From a virus (taxonomy: Duplodnaviria > Caudoviricetes): a DNA stretch of 64,000 nt. The notes under the pieces are model-generated. The model worked only from the letters and a program-made list of their open reading frames with translations. It did not search any database and was not told where the DNA came from. The position numbers and the translations under genes were made by a program. Positions 18,090-27,979 of this stretch are shown piece by piece. How positions within the stretch are numbered: position 1 is the stretch's first letter; every line of letters starts with the position of its first letter. Location of the stretch: positions 35,897 through 99,896 of IMG/VR virus record IMGVR_UViG_3300027986_000001. The stretch is one strand, 5' to 3'.

Positions 18090-19910
18090 ATGGCTGATAG
18101 CTCTCAGAATCGTAGCGTTTTCATGCCGGACCCGGCTTCGGTCACCGAAGGACCTTTCACCCAGGCCCTCCAGCCGCCAGCCCAGCAGCAGCCACAGCCC
18201 GTTCTTGGCGCTGGCGGAGGTAAGGCGCTAGGCGCTGCCTACATCGGCACGCAGTTTCTGCAGGGGTTAGCCCAGTCCCGCATCCGGAATTTTCAGATGC
18301 AGGAGAATGCCAAGATTCAGAAACTCCAGCGGCTGAATTCGTTCATGATGTACATCCAGCAGAATCCTAACCTCTCTCCGGATGACAAGAACAAAGCGCA
18401 GCAGATGTACTTCAAGGCGCTGGGAACGGATATCACAGCAGCAACGGCCAATGGCGGTAAGGGCGGCGGCGACGAAAAGACAGGCGTCCAGCATCACTTC
18501 GCGGACATCATCAAGCAGGTCGCGCTCGGGGCGGTCGGCGGCAAGCTGCCGAAGGGGGTAAAGAACATCAATCCGGATGAGGTGATCGGGCAGATTTCGG
18601 GACTGCTGTTCGATCAGAACGGGAAACCCAAACAGCCGTATAATCCGCAGCAGCAGGGTATTGAGCAGACGGAGCAGGCGCTTGGACGCAAGCTCACGGA
18701 CCAAGAAAAACAGCAACTACTTGGCCTTCCCGGTAATCCTTTCCTGGAAAAGAAGAAGCAGGTCGAGCAGGCTCTTGGTCGCCAACTTGGGAAAGATGAA
18801 GCCGACAAACTGCTAGGGGTTTACGTCGCGCCTTCGGCTCCTCACTGGGCACCATCAATCCCCGGCGATAAAGTTCCCAAGGAAGTCATCGAAGACGCCA
18901 CCAATAACCCAATAGATCGGAGCGCGGGCGCAAGCTACAAGCAAGACACGACCACGGGAAAGTATTACCTCGAACGGGCCAAGGCCGCTGACAAGCAGTG
19001 GAAGCAGACGCCGGATTCCAGTACTGGGTGGGCTCGCGTGTCTTATGACAGCGCGGGGAAAGTGATCTCTCTCGAAAAAGACGTTGCCCCTCCGTCTTAT
19101 CTGACCGGCCAAACCACCACCAGCGTACGCTTCACAACGGATCAATCCGGTAATATCATCGAGGTTCCAGTAACAACCACGCGGAAACCTAACGTTCCCT
19201 CCGCCGCGCCAAGCCCCCAGCCAAAGGCACCCCCTAAGACTGCTACGCCACCGGGAGTTGCCCCCAATGGGGCAGTCTTGCCACCCACTGCCGCTAATGC
19301 CCCGTCTGGAGCAAGGATCGTCGGGCACAAGCCGGTATCTGCCGCGCAAGTTAAGTCCCAGCAGATTGCCTCCGGCGCGCGAGATGCGGGCATTGCGTTG
19401 TCGGAAATGTTGCCCAGGCTCAAGGAAGAGAACCCGGACTATTTTGGAAGATTTGTCGGGCGCACCATGGGGATACAAAAGTTTGCTGGCGTGCAGCCGG
19501 ATTGGGTGGCCGACGTGGAAGCGCAGGCAGGTTCACTCGAAGCCTTTCTTACCGGCGTGCATAATGCTCGTGGTGTGAAGTACGTGGACCATTGGAAGGA
19601 AATTTTAAACAATCCGTACGTGAACCCGGAATACACGGCACGAGTCGCCAAGACCCTGGCTGCGATCGCCGATGGCGTGTACAAGTTTCAACAGAACACG
19701 AACACGCAGAACGAAACGATGGAGCAGGCGATCACACGGATGAAGGCAAGTCCGGAGTACAAAGATCTATTCGCGCCGTTAGATAAAGACCCGGCTCCGG
19801 CCAAGGGCAAGAAAGAAACGGCCCCGTCAAGCAAAAAGCCTCCTGCTGACCAAGATCCCGGCAATCCGCAGTTCTGGATCAAGCAGACGGCTGCGCCGCC
19901 GACACCGTGA
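18090..19910 (+). CDS. Putative DNA-ejection protein
   Basis: 606 aa, Cys-free, helical Q/K/P-rich, duplicated EQALGRxL motif; synteny. Confidence 0.6.
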   Translation: MADSSQNRSVFMPDPASVTEGPFTQALQPPAQQQPQPVLGAGGGKALGAAYIGTQFLQGLAQSRIRNFQMQENAKIQKLQRLNSFMMYIQQNPNLSPDDKNKAQQMYFKALGTDITAATANGGKGGGDEKTGVQHHFADIIKQVALGAVGGKLPKGVKNINPDEVIGQISGLLFDQNGKPKQPYNPQQQGIEQTEQALGRKLTDQEKQQLLGLPGNPFLEKKKQVEQALGRQLGKDEADKLLGVYVAPSAPHWAPSIPGDKVPKEVIEDATNNPIDRSAGASYKQDTTTGKYYLERAKAADKQWKQTPDSSTGWARVSYDSAGKVISLEKDVAPPSYLTGQTTTSVRFTTDQSGNIIEVPVTTTRKPNVPSAAPSPQPKAPPKTATPPGVAPNGAVLPPTAANAPSGARIVGHKPVSAAQVKSQQIASGARDAGIALSEMLPRLKEENPDYFGRFVGRTMGIQKFAGVQPDWVADVEAQAGSLEAFLTGVHNARGVKYVDHWKEILNNPYVNPEYTARVAKTLAAIADGVYKFQQNTNTQNETMEQAITRMKASPEYKDLFAPLDKDPAPAKGKKETAPSSKKPPADQDPGNPQFWIKQTAAPPTP

Positions 19911-19914
19911 TGCC

Positions 19915-21966
19915 ATGGCCGAAAAACAGCAGCTTGACCTCATTAGCGACTTCCAGAAGGCGATCGGCAAAGAGAAGTTAGATCCGAACACCACGGCGGC
20001 TACGTGGAATGCCTTTGTCGATACGCCTGAAGATCAGTTCGTATCGGTTTTCCATGGCCTCAAGTTGAAGCCGGAAACCAAGGCGGCACTGTGGAAGTTG
20101 CGATTCGGCAAGGAGCAGCAAAAACTAAAGGGGCAACGTTCAACCCCCACGCCTCCCGAAGCGGGAAGGTTCGCCTTGGAACACGCACCGGAGATTGCTG
20201 CGATGGCAGCGGTTCCGTTGACCGGGGGTATGAGCGCAATCCCGGCGGCGGGTTTTGTCGGCCTTATGGGCGGGGCGGGGGAAGCGGCTAAGCAACTAAT
20301 CAAGCGCGGGTTGGGCGATAAGGATGTTCCAGAAACTTCAACCGAAGCCGCCGCGCGTATCGCCAAGGAAGGCGGAATACAGGGAGGCGCGGAACTCGGG
20401 CTACGAGCAATTGCCGCTCCATTAAAGGCCGGGCTCGGCGGGCCGCTGCGTGAGGCCGCAAGGGCAGCAGAGAATAAGCCGATCCTCGAAGCCGCCAAAG
20501 AATACAAGATTCCTTTGCGATCCGGCGAAATTGTGGCTGGCCGCAAAGGCTTGCCCGCACGTCTTGCCCAGGAGATTGGCGCATCGAGCTTGACCGGCAG
20601 GGGCGCTGCGGAAGCATCGCAGGAAAGAATCAGACAGTCTGCAGCGCAAGCCGTAGACTCGATCCTCACAAAGCTAAGCCCTAACGTTACGCCAGCAATA
20701 ACTGGATCGGCGGTACAAGACACCATCAAGCTAAGCAACAATATCTTTGAAAAGACGGCTGAAGATCTGTATCAAAAAGTAGATCAGGTGCTTGGAGGTC
20801 TTGGCATCCAGACGACAGAGACGGCCAAAGAAGCTCAGGCTATCCTCGCTGAATACGCCTCCGGGCCAAGCGCAAAAGGGGTCGGAAAACACTATCCCGC
20901 CAGCACTAAGATTCCCGCCAGAGTCGCCGGGTATCTAGAAGATTTCTCCGCCGTTCCTCCCTCCGGCGTGCCGTTTTCAGTACTACAAGCAAAACGCTCC
21001 GAGATGCTCGGTCTTCTCCGTGATATTAAGGGCGGCAGGGTCCCCACTGAATCAGCCGGTCAGGCTGAGCAGATCCTGTCGCGTCTCGCTAAAAAGGTCA
21101 CCGAGGACATGGAGGATCAGGCGCAGGCCATGGGAATCCAAGCCACGAAGGAGTGGAAGGAGGCCCGGCAATTCTACAAATCTGGCAAGGATCTTATGGA
21201 AGATCCCGCCACCGAGAAATTGCTTAAGCAGCAGAACCCGGAAGACATCGTAAAGCAAATCAGAGGTGGTTCGGTAACGCTTGTCGAGAAACTTAAAAAA
21301 CTCGTGATCGACTACCCCACCAAGTACGGAACGCCGCAAGAAAAACAGGCTGCCATAGCTGCCTGGAATAATCTACGCCAGCAGGTTGTCAGAACTAATA
21401 TCTTGGAAGCCCCGCAAGGCAAGCAATTCGGCATCAGGGATTTGATGGACCTGAAGGAGCGAATCACTGACATGGGGGCTGACGTGAACCGGAAATTATT
21501 CATGGGAGACCCAGAGGGCGAGATTATGTTTCAGAACCTCAACCGCATCGCGGACGTGATGGCTCGAGTAAAGAAGCTGCCGGAAACTAACCGCATGGGT
21601 TACTGGGCTATGATCCGTGGCGGGGCTCTTGTGGGAGGAGTGGGATTAGGACTTACTGGGCATGTGGCGGAAGGCGTAGCAACGATCGGTCTCGAAGAAA
21701 GTATCCCGTACGGGATTTCCCGGATCATTCACAGCCCGGCTGCTACCTCGTATTTTGTTAACGGATTAGCCGCCATGACTCGCGGCAGTTGGCGAGCACC
21801 GGCTGAAACAGTGGTTGGCGCAGTGGCTCCGCGTATTCCTGCCGGGGTCAGCCTAATTGGCCGGGCCTTCAAGATGGCTCACGATGCCGACCAGCAAAAA
21901 AAGACCGCTCCGCCGCCCGTGCCCCTGCCCGAGGTGGGAGAACAGCTTCTGGAGGGAATACATTAG
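19915..21966 (+). CDS. Putative DNA-ejection protein
   Basis: 683 aa helical protein with Gly/Ala hydrophobic segments (PLTGGMSAIPAAGFVGLMGGAGEAAKQ). Confidence 0.65.
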   Translation: MAEKQQLDLISDFQKAIGKEKLDPNTTAATWNAFVDTPEDQFVSVFHGLKLKPETKAALWKLRFGKEQQKLKGQRSTPTPPEAGRFALEHAPEIAAMAAVPLTGGMSAIPAAGFVGLMGGAGEAAKQLIKRGLGDKDVPETSTEAAARIAKEGGIQGGAELGLRAIAAPLKAGLGGPLREAARAAENKPILEAAKEYKIPLRSGEIVAGRKGLPARLAQEIGASSLTGRGAAEASQERIRQSAAQAVDSILTKLSPNVTPAITGSAVQDTIKLSNNIFEKTAEDLYQKVDQVLGGLGIQTTETAKEAQAILAEYASGPSAKGVGKHYPASTKIPARVAGYLEDFSAVPPSGVPFSVLQAKRSEMLGLLRDIKGGRVPTESAGQAEQILSRLAKKVTEDMEDQAQAMGIQATKEWKEARQFYKSGKDLMEDPATEKLLKQQNPEDIVKQIRGGSVTLVEKLKKLVIDYPTKYGTPQEKQAAIAAWNNLRQQVVRTNILEAPQGKQFGIRDLMDLKERITDMGADVNRKLFMGDPEGEIMFQNLNRIADVMARVKKLPETNRMGYWAMIRGGALVGGVGLGLTGHVAEGVATIGLEESIPYGISRIIHSPAATSYFVNGLAAMTRGSWRAPAETVVGAVAPRIPAGVSLIGRAFKMAHDADQQKKTAPPPVPLPEVGEQLLEGIH

Positions 21967-21969
21967 CCA

Positions 21970-23787
21970 ATGCCGCTATCTCCCGAGACGAGCCAGCTAA
22001 TCAACAGCCCGCAGTTCTACTCCCAGCCGGAGTCGGAGCAGATTGATCAGTTGAGCCGTCTCTCTTCGGACTTCAATTCCATGGCCTACGAGGACAAGAA
22101 GAGAACCTTGTCGGCCATGGGAGAAAAGTTCAAAGCCAAGAAATCCAACGTCCCAGGAACGCCTTGGTACCGCAAACCAACAGTCCCCCTGGATAAGCTC
22201 ATTGCGCCACCCAACCCCAGCCAGTCCGGCCCGGAGCAGGTTGTGCGAGGAGCCGCTCAAGGTGCCGCCCAAGGAGTGTCGCAATTCTCTACACCTGAGA
22301 ACGCAGGGCTGATCGGAGGGATGGCCCTCGGCGGCAAGGTCCCGGTCGTGGGACCGGCCATTCGGGCCGGGGCAGCCGCATACTTCACCTATGAGCAGGC
22401 CAAACAGCTAATAGAATCAATCCCCGAGCTTAAGAAGGCATGGAATGAAGGCAATGTGGGGGAAATCGGCAGGGTGCTCGGCAATGACGCCGTAGCGGCC
22501 TTGGCTGGATACAAGAGCGGAAAGGGGTTAGCTGAGGGCGTTCGCGGCAAGATTTCTCGCCCAGTGCCGGATAAGACAGCCGCACATGTTCCAGACCCAT
22601 ACGCGGAGATGGGACGCGCAGCCAAGGAACCCGAAAAACCTTGGTGGCAGGGGATTTACGACAAATCCTTGGAGGAAGTCCGCCAGATCGTCGGCCAGAG
22701 GGGCTCAGGAAAGGCCGCTACCGCCCCTCCGGTTGATCCAGGGCTGCCAGGGCACGTCAAAGCATGGGCCGGGGAGAGAGAGGGCCTTGGAGCCCGTACG
22801 GCGGCTCCGGAAGGGTACGTTTTCCCGAAGCCCCTCCCGGGCAAGGATACCGTGGCTGCCGCGCGAGGAGAAGAATCGACCGCCCCAGGGAAGCCGATAC
22901 CGGACCCGTCTCAGCCGTACCGAGACATAGCGCGAGTCGCCTCCGAGGCGGAAACCCGCAGGGGGCAGGTCGAAGCGTATCCTAAACCCCCAGCCACGGG
23001 GCCAGGGAAGTCCCCCAAGCCACCGGAGACGAAGGCGGCACCCGAAGCCCCTAAGTCAGCCGCCAAGCCCAAGGCGGAGCCCGTAGCGGCCAAAAAGAGC
23101 CTAGCCAACGAGGACGCCGCAGGTCTCAATAAGCGCCGGGAAGAGTTTGTGAAGTTGCAAAAGGAGCTAAGGGATATTCCCGAAGGCCCCCAGAAGACGG
23201 ACATGCTGGCCAAAGTATCCCGCGCCATCGAATCGATAGATGCCGCGCTAAAAGGCAAGGGTGGGGAGTCCAAATGGCGGGGTAAGATTAACCCGTACAA
23301 GAAAGACGGGATGAAGACGGATGTCCGGCAGACAAAGCCAAAGCCATCAGATACTTCCCGCCAGCCCGCTACCCCAGGCGGAAGCAAAGGCAAGATAGCG
23401 GCTGGCGAACCTGCACCCAAATCCGCCCCAACGGGGGCTGCCAAAACCGCCGCTCCGCCAGAGCCCCCATCCTCCCAGGAGGCCCCCAAGGATAAAGCCT
23501 CTGCCGGGGAGCCAGCCACACCCGTCCGGGAGGCTGTGCAGTCTATTCTGGATCAGGTGCAGCGCGCCAAAATCGACCGCTTCTCGATCCGCGTCAGGAA
23601 CGCTGAGGGAGAAGAGATCTATTCAGGCGAATATGAGGGCGATGCCTCGCCGGATTACGTGGAGTCCGCCTTTAAATACCTGCGTGGCGCACACAAGATC
23701 GAGATCATCCCGCTCGGGCCGAATCGCGGTATCAAGTCTTGGGTCAAGTTCCTTGCTCCAGAAACCGTAAAGGCTCCGCCGGGGTGA
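21970..23787 (+). CDS. Putative DNA-ejection/internal virion protein with long Pro/Lys/Ala-rich region
   Basis: 605 aa; Gly-zipper near N-terminus; synteny. Confidence 0.55.
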   Translation: MPLSPETSQLINSPQFYSQPESEQIDQLSRLSSDFNSMAYEDKKRTLSAMGEKFKAKKSNVPGTPWYRKPTVPLDKLIAPPNPSQSGPEQVVRGAAQGAAQGVSQFSTPENAGLIGGMALGGKVPVVGPAIRAGAAAYFTYEQAKQLIESIPELKKAWNEGNVGEIGRVLGNDAVAALAGYKSGKGLAEGVRGKISRPVPDKTAAHVPDPYAEMGRAAKEPEKPWWQGIYDKSLEEVRQIVGQRGSGKAATAPPVDPGLPGHVKAWAGEREGLGARTAAPEGYVFPKPLPGKDTVAAARGEESTAPGKPIPDPSQPYRDIARVASEAETRRGQVEAYPKPPATGPGKSPKPPETKAAPEAPKSAAKPKAEPVAAKKSLANEDAAGLNKRREEFVKLQKELRDIPEGPQKTDMLAKVSRAIESIDAALKGKGGESKWRGKINPYKKDGMKTDVRQTKPKPSDTSRQPATPGGSKGKIAAGEPAPKSAPTGAAKTAAPPEPPSSQEAPKDKASAGEPATPVREAVQSILDQVQRAKIDRFSIRVRNAEGEEIYSGEYEGDASPDYVESAFKYLRGAHKIEIIPLGPNRGIKSWVKFLAPETVKAPPG

Positions 23788-23793
23788 TAACAC

Positions 23794-24003
23794 GTGCAGC
23801 ATCTGGCAGTAGGCATGGAGATCGCGCACAACGGGGTTGCGATGAAGCTACTGTACAGGGTGCGGTCAACTGGCAGCGGAGAGCTTTGGTGTGTGAAGAG
23901 AATCATGGTTGAAAATCAGTGGCAGCACGATGAGTGGTTCTACAATCACGAAATAGTGCGGCAACTACACACGAAGGTCATGCGGGTAGGAGGAGCAGCC
24001 TAG
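23794..24003 (+). CDS. Hypothetical protein
   Basis: 69-aa ORF continuing the operon. Confidence 0.5.
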   Translation: MQHLAVGMEIAHNGVAMKLLYRVRSTGSGELWCVKRIMVENQWQHDEWFYNHEIVRQLHTKVMRVGGAA

Positions 24004-24186
24004 GTGCCATCCAACGAGGTAATGTCGAAATTCAAACGGGGGAAGTTACGTTCGGGATCAAAGAGCGGACCCAAGGTGAAGAACCGTTCCCAGGCGATCG
24101 CGATTATGTTGAGTGAACGTCGAGCGGAGAAGAAGCACGGCGGGCGCTACCCAGATCGAAAGAAGCGGCGGAAACGCTCTCGCTAA
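24004..24186 (+). CDS. Small basic protein, DUF6496-like
   Basis: VMSKFKRGKLRSGSKSGPKVKNRSQAIAIMLSE motif; SD AGGAGG. Confidence 0.75.
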   Translation: MPSNEVMSKFKRGKLRSGSKSGPKVKNRSQAIAIMLSERRAEKKHGGRYPDRKKRRKRSR

Positions 24187-24511
24187 ATAGCGATGGATTC
24201 GGCTCCGGATCGGCAACCCTTCGCCGCTTTGGGTAAGTGATCTTTCCCATCCCGTCGTACCAGAGATCCACGCCTGCCCCAATCCGAACATGCAATTGCT
24301 TCAGTCCGTAGTGCGCGGACTCCTGGAATTCCAGACCCTTATCGGCCAAGAACGCCCGCGCTTGGGATAGATCGTCAAGGAGGCCGTCATTACGGAAACC
24401 GAGTAGGCATGCCTTTCTCTGCCGCACTGCCCGTTTGGCGCTACGGAACACAATGCGCCCCTCTAAGCCCTCCAGCCTAGAGCGGATCTCCTGCTGCATT
24501 GCTTTGGTCAT
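24104..24511 (-). CDS. Hypothetical protein
   Basis: ATGA overlap with upstream gene. Confidence 0.55.
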   Translation of the reverse strand: MTKAMQQEIRSRLEGLEGRIVFRSAKRAVRQRKACLLGFRNDGLLDDLSQARAFLADKGLEFQESAHYGLKQLHVRIGAGVDLWYDGMGKITYPKRRRVADPEPNPSLFSESVSAASFDLGSARRASSPLDVHST

Positions 24512-24957
24512 AGACGGGGCACCTCGATTTCTTCCCAGTCTCCGTTGCTCTTGGGAACCGCATAGAAGAAGCGGAATGGGAACATACTGGCCGCCACTTT
24601 GATTTTAACCTTGGAATCGTCCTCGGCAAACATTCGACCTTTGCGGCGGGCCTTTACCTCGTAGAACGTTAACGCCCATGTAGGGTCCGATTCTACGTCG
24701 TTCCTGATGACAGAATAGTCGGGTGTGTAGCGACAATCAGCCGCCAACTTAAGCGTTATCTGCTCAAAGAACCACTGATTGATCTCCCCTGCCTTGACGA
24801 GAAGGTCCAGATGCTGCGCGAATGCGGCCTCGGTCTTGTTCATTTTCCCCGGCGTGTGCGATCCGTGCGCCCTTAGTTTGACGGGCGGAATCTTCTCGGC
24901 CTGCGGAAATTGCCGCCTGCGGTACAGGTCGTCTAGGTCTTGTTGCGTCCAGTTCAT
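24508..24957 (-). CDS. PD-(D/E)xK nuclease, DUF1064/resolvase-like
   Basis: MNKTEAAF, RYTPDY, YEVK and KIKVAASMFP motifs. Confidence 0.8.
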   Translation of the reverse strand: MNWTQQDLDDLYRRRQFPQAEKIPPVKLRAHGSHTPGKMNKTEAAFAQHLDLLVKAGEINQWFFEQITLKLAADCRYTPDYSVIRNDVESDPTWALTFYEVKARRKGRMFAEDDSKVKIKVAASMFPFRFFYAVPKSNGDWEEIEVPRL

Positions 24958-25208
24958 CCCGGCAGCTTGTTCTTATCTTCGACCCGCACCACGAATCTCT
25001 GCGGCCCGAGAGACAGGCACTCGTACGAGGCTGAATTCTCGCTCGACTCGTCCTGCCCGCTGATAGTCACCTTGGAAAGAAATTTACTTAGCTCCTCCCA
25101 CGTATCCGGGCCGACCAAGATATTCTCGCCGAGGAAGTTCCGTGCAGTGTCCTGAGCAAGATACACCTTGCCTTCGTAGCTGAACATGCAGCCTGTTTCT
25201 TCCGCCAT
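24954..25208 (-). CDS. Hypothetical protein
   Basis: SD AGGAGG; ATGA overlap. Confidence 0.6.
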   Translation of the reverse strand: MAEETGCMFSYEGKVYLAQDTARNFLGENILVGPDTWEELSKFLSKVTISGQDESSENSASYECLSLGPQRFVVRVEDKNKLPG

Positions 25209-25217
25209 AAACCCTCC

Positions 25218-25448
25218 TTACTGAACCATCCCCGGTTGTCCGATATTAGACTGCTCGGGGAATTTCACGATCACGTTGAATTTCTCCGCTTCAACTCGGA
25301 TCACCGCTCCGTTCTCAAAGTGGAACTCAAAGCTGTTGTTGTCCACCCGAATACCCATTACGGCTTCATCCACAATGCGGCTCTTGAGGAGAAAGTTGAA
25401 GCGGTCGCGGTCCTCGGAGTTGCCCCAGTCGTAGGACTCAGCGGCCAT
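25218..25448 (-). CDS. Hypothetical protein
   Basis: Tightly packed ORF in operon. Confidence 0.55.
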   Translation of the reverse strand: MAAESYDWGNSEDRDRFNFLLKSRIVDEAVMGIRVDNNSFEFHFENGAVIRVEAEKFNVIVKFPEQSNIGQPGMVQ

Positions 25449-25450
25449 AC

Positions 25451-25927
25451 TCAGATCCTAACCCATCCAAATTCTCCGAACGTAATCGAGTTCCCCTTTT
25501 GTGTGGCTCCCTGCCATGCCCATCCATTATCGCGCATGGATTTAGCGACGGAAGGATGCGGTTCCGGGTATTTTAGAACGTTGTCTGTGATCTTTCGATG
25601 GCAAGTCGCATCGACTCCGCGCAAGTTTTGCCTGCGGTCGTCTCGGCCACGAGCGCGCGGCTTTATGTGGTCGCATTGCAGGGGTCGTATAGCTCCGCAA
25701 ACAAAGCAGCGAAAACCCTGCTCTTTGAATGTAATGCCCGCGACTCGCTTGTAGTTGGCTTCTACCGCAATCCCGATAGCCTCGGTAATCAGCCTACCGC
25801 TGCCGGAGACGATTGGCGGCTCCCCTTGGTGCTCCAGATACAAGTTGCACTCATACAGGCCCTTCCCGTTGCGCGTGGAAAGGGCCGCCATGAGCCCGGT
25901 GATCCGCTCTGCCTGACGCAGGGTCAC
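25451..25927 (-). CDS. HNH endonuclease (CxxC-type)
   Basis: RCFVCG..DHIKPRARG..NLRGVDATCHRKIT. Confidence 0.75.
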   Translation of the reverse strand: MTLRQAERITGLMAALSTRNGKGLYECNLYLEHQGEPPIVSGSGRLITEAIGIAVEANYKRVAGITFKEQGFRCFVCGAIRPLQCDHIKPRARGRDDRRQNLRGVDATCHRKITDNVLKYPEPHPSVAKSMRDNGWAWQGATQKGNSITFGEFGWVRI

Positions 25928-25930
25928 GCC

Positions 25931-26698
25931 TTAATCCGCAGTCGCCGTTTTGGCTGCCGCTTCATTCTCGGCGTTCTGTTTGATCTGCTCCGCCCCCCGG
26001 TTCAGCCATTCCGTTTCGCATTCCTGCATCATGGCTTCCAGAATGCGGTCCGGGCGCTCCGATTCGACTACAGCTTGGATCTCCGGCGTTTCGCAGAATT
26101 TCTTCCACATGCGGGAGATCTTCTTGTTGGTCTGGATACTGATTGTTACGCCCGTTGATTCACCCTTTTCCAGATAGCCCTTCTTGGCTACATGCTCCTC
26201 GAAGGCTTCTACGGATTCGGACTTCTTGGCCTGCTCGATCAGTTTGCGGGCGTAGGGCTGCGACTCCTCCCCGCGCTTCACGGCCTTGTTGATGATCTGG
26301 AACTGCACGCGGCCAATCGCGGCGAATTCGCGCGTAGCCACATCTTTCCAGCGCTCGTACAGGGTCCGGGCCTCGAAGCAGGTCTGGCGGCTGACGCCGT
26401 ACTGTTTCTCGATCTGCTCAAAGAACTTCTCTTGGCTCTTGATTCCCTTGGCTTTGTAGGTATTCTCCGGGTCCTGCTTGGCCAGAAGAAGCAGGCGGCC
26501 CAAAGCAGGCAACAGGATCTGGGTCCGCGACATGGACTGGCTGATCTGGTGGCAGACCGCCCCGAGAGTGTCCCAGTACTGCTCGGAATCAACCTTATCC
26601 GGGATCACTAGATCGATGGTCACGTCGGGCCGCACCAACTTGGCCAGGAACTTCTTTTCGGAATCGCTAGCGGGGGAAAACGGGTTTACGTCAGGCAT
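25931..26698 (-). CDS. Hypothetical protein with HTH-like segment
   Basis: FFEQIEKQYGVSRQTCFEAR; own promoter and SD AAGGAG. Confidence 0.6.
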   Translation of the reverse strand: MPDVNPFSPASDSEKKFLAKLVRPDVTIDLVIPDKVDSEQYWDTLGAVCHQISQSMSRTQILLPALGRLLLLAKQDPENTYKAKGIKSQEKFFEQIEKQYGVSRQTCFEARTLYERWKDVATREFAAIGRVQFQIINKAVKRGEESQPYARKLIEQAKKSESVEAFEEHVAKKGYLEKGESTGVTISIQTNKKISRMWKKFCETPEIQAVVESERPDRILEAMMQECETEWLNRGAEQIKQNAENEAAAKTATAD

Positions 26699-26719
26699 TG
26701 AATCTCCTTTACGCAGTCA

Positions 26720-26750
26720 AGAATATGACGGAAATGGAGGGAAGTCAAGA
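26720..26750 (-). promoter_or_regulatory. Leftward promoter TTGACT-17-TATTCT
   Basis: Canonical spacing upstream of ATG 26698. Confidence 0.65.
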
Positions 26751-26763
26751 ATTATGTTTGGGG

Positions 26764-27222
26764 CTAGGTGAGGAAAAGCGCTCGCTCGGCCTGCCTACGG
26801 GCAAGAAGACCGGGGAATACCTGCCCACCGGCTATATCCCACTTGAGGAATTCGTTAGCGGCGTCCTCCATCCGGCCAAGATTCATCAACTTCAGTAGGG
26901 TAGAAGACGCAAAATGGCCGCTACCCTCGTTGTATACGAAATCACAACAGGCATCGAACTGGTTCTGTGTAATCGGCACATTTATCAGCCGGTTTATGAC
27001 GTGCTCTACGGGAACTATACGGGCCATCAGCAGATCCACCCCTTCGTCGCGAGTGATCGGCTGGATTGTCTGGTAGTGTTCAACCTCGGACGCCGACAAA
27101 TCACAACCGAATCCGATAACCGGATTACCTTCATCCGAGCCGATAGTTGGTAGAAATCCTTCGGCCTGCTCAACGATAGGAATCAGTGAGGCGCTGGCGC
27201 TCATGGGAGGATCGAGGGGCAT
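26764..27222 (-). CDS. Endolysin, lysozyme (GH24)
   Basis: EG..D...IGFG, ITQNQFDA..FVYNEG.G.F..STLLK, GLLARRQAERALF. Confidence 0.92.
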   Translation of the reverse strand: MPLDPPMSASASLIPIVEQAEGFLPTIGSDEGNPVIGFGCDLSASEVEHYQTIQPITRDEGVDLLMARIVPVEHVINRLINVPITQNQFDACCDFVYNEGSGHFASSTLLKLMNLGRMEDAANEFLKWDIAGGQVFPGLLARRQAERALFLT

Positions 27223-27489
27223 TTAGGATTTCTCCTCCACTCCGTTGGCCTCATCCATGTAGTCCGTTATTCCGCGCTGGCGGATATTATCCGGGATCTC
27301 GGAGTAGGCCCAGTCGGACAGACGGACGCAATGGGTGAGTGACTGGAAGCACATAAGTCCGACCTTCTTGCCGACCAAGACGGTTACGTTAGGGTTGGTA
27401 GCCGCCTCGCGGGCCGCTTTCTTGGCCGCGTCCACTTCATCCTCGCCGTCAACCACTAAGCCAAGCACTACGTCGTACAAGGCCATCAC
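27223..27489 (-). CDS. Hypothetical protein
   Basis: Overlapping start/stop in operon. Confidence 0.55.
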   Translation of the reverse strand: MMALYDVVLGLVVDGEDEVDAAKKAAREAATNPNVTVLVGKKVGLMCFQSLTHCVRLSDWAYSEIPDNIRQRGITDYMDEANGVEEKS

Positions 27490-27674
27490 TTCGCCTCCGG
27501 TAAAATATTAGACTGCTTTCCGAGCAAAGCCTTGGCTGCCTGCAGCCGCGAATCCGGCAGCCACTTGTCCACCGGGAACCGTAGCTGGCGCGGCGGCATC
27601 GGGGTATTGGCCTTCCGCCGCCGCACGCGCTTGCGGGGAGTAACCGGCTCTAGTTTTGGGGCGGGAGAGTTCAT
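27486..27674 (-). CDS. Small basic hypothetical protein
   Basis: ATGA overlap. Confidence 0.5.
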   Translation of the reverse strand: MNSPAPKLEPVTPRKRVRRRKANTPMPPRQLRFPVDKWLPDSRLQAAKALLGKQSNILPEAK

Positions 27675-27976
27675 TGCTTCGCCGTGTACATCCGCAGATC
27701 CCGCTCGTACAGCATCTTGTTGCCCTCAACTTGGCGGCTGTACGCCTCTATCCAGTAGCGGTGATCGGGGTCTTGATACATCTCCGACAGATCCTCGATC
27801 CGCAGCCGCTCCGAATCCAACTCCTGCTTGGCCTGCGGGGGAGGCATTTTCTCCAGATCTCCGAATGACACGACATGCGCCTTGGACACAACGTCGATCA
27901 GAGCCTGTTCTTTTGTGAGCGAAACCCGCGAGCAGCCTGCGGTCAGAATAACCAGGGCCGCAACGAATAACTTCAT
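27671..27976 (-). CDS. Putative lipoprotein
   Basis: MKLFVAALVILTAG-C lipobox; SD GGAGGTG. Confidence 0.7.
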   Translation of the reverse strand: MKLFVAALVILTAGCSRVSLTKEQALIDVVSKAHVVSFGDLEKMPPPQAKQELDSERLRIEDLSEMYQDPDHRYWIEAYSRQVEGNKMLYERDLRMYTAKQ

Positions 27977-27979
27977 CGT

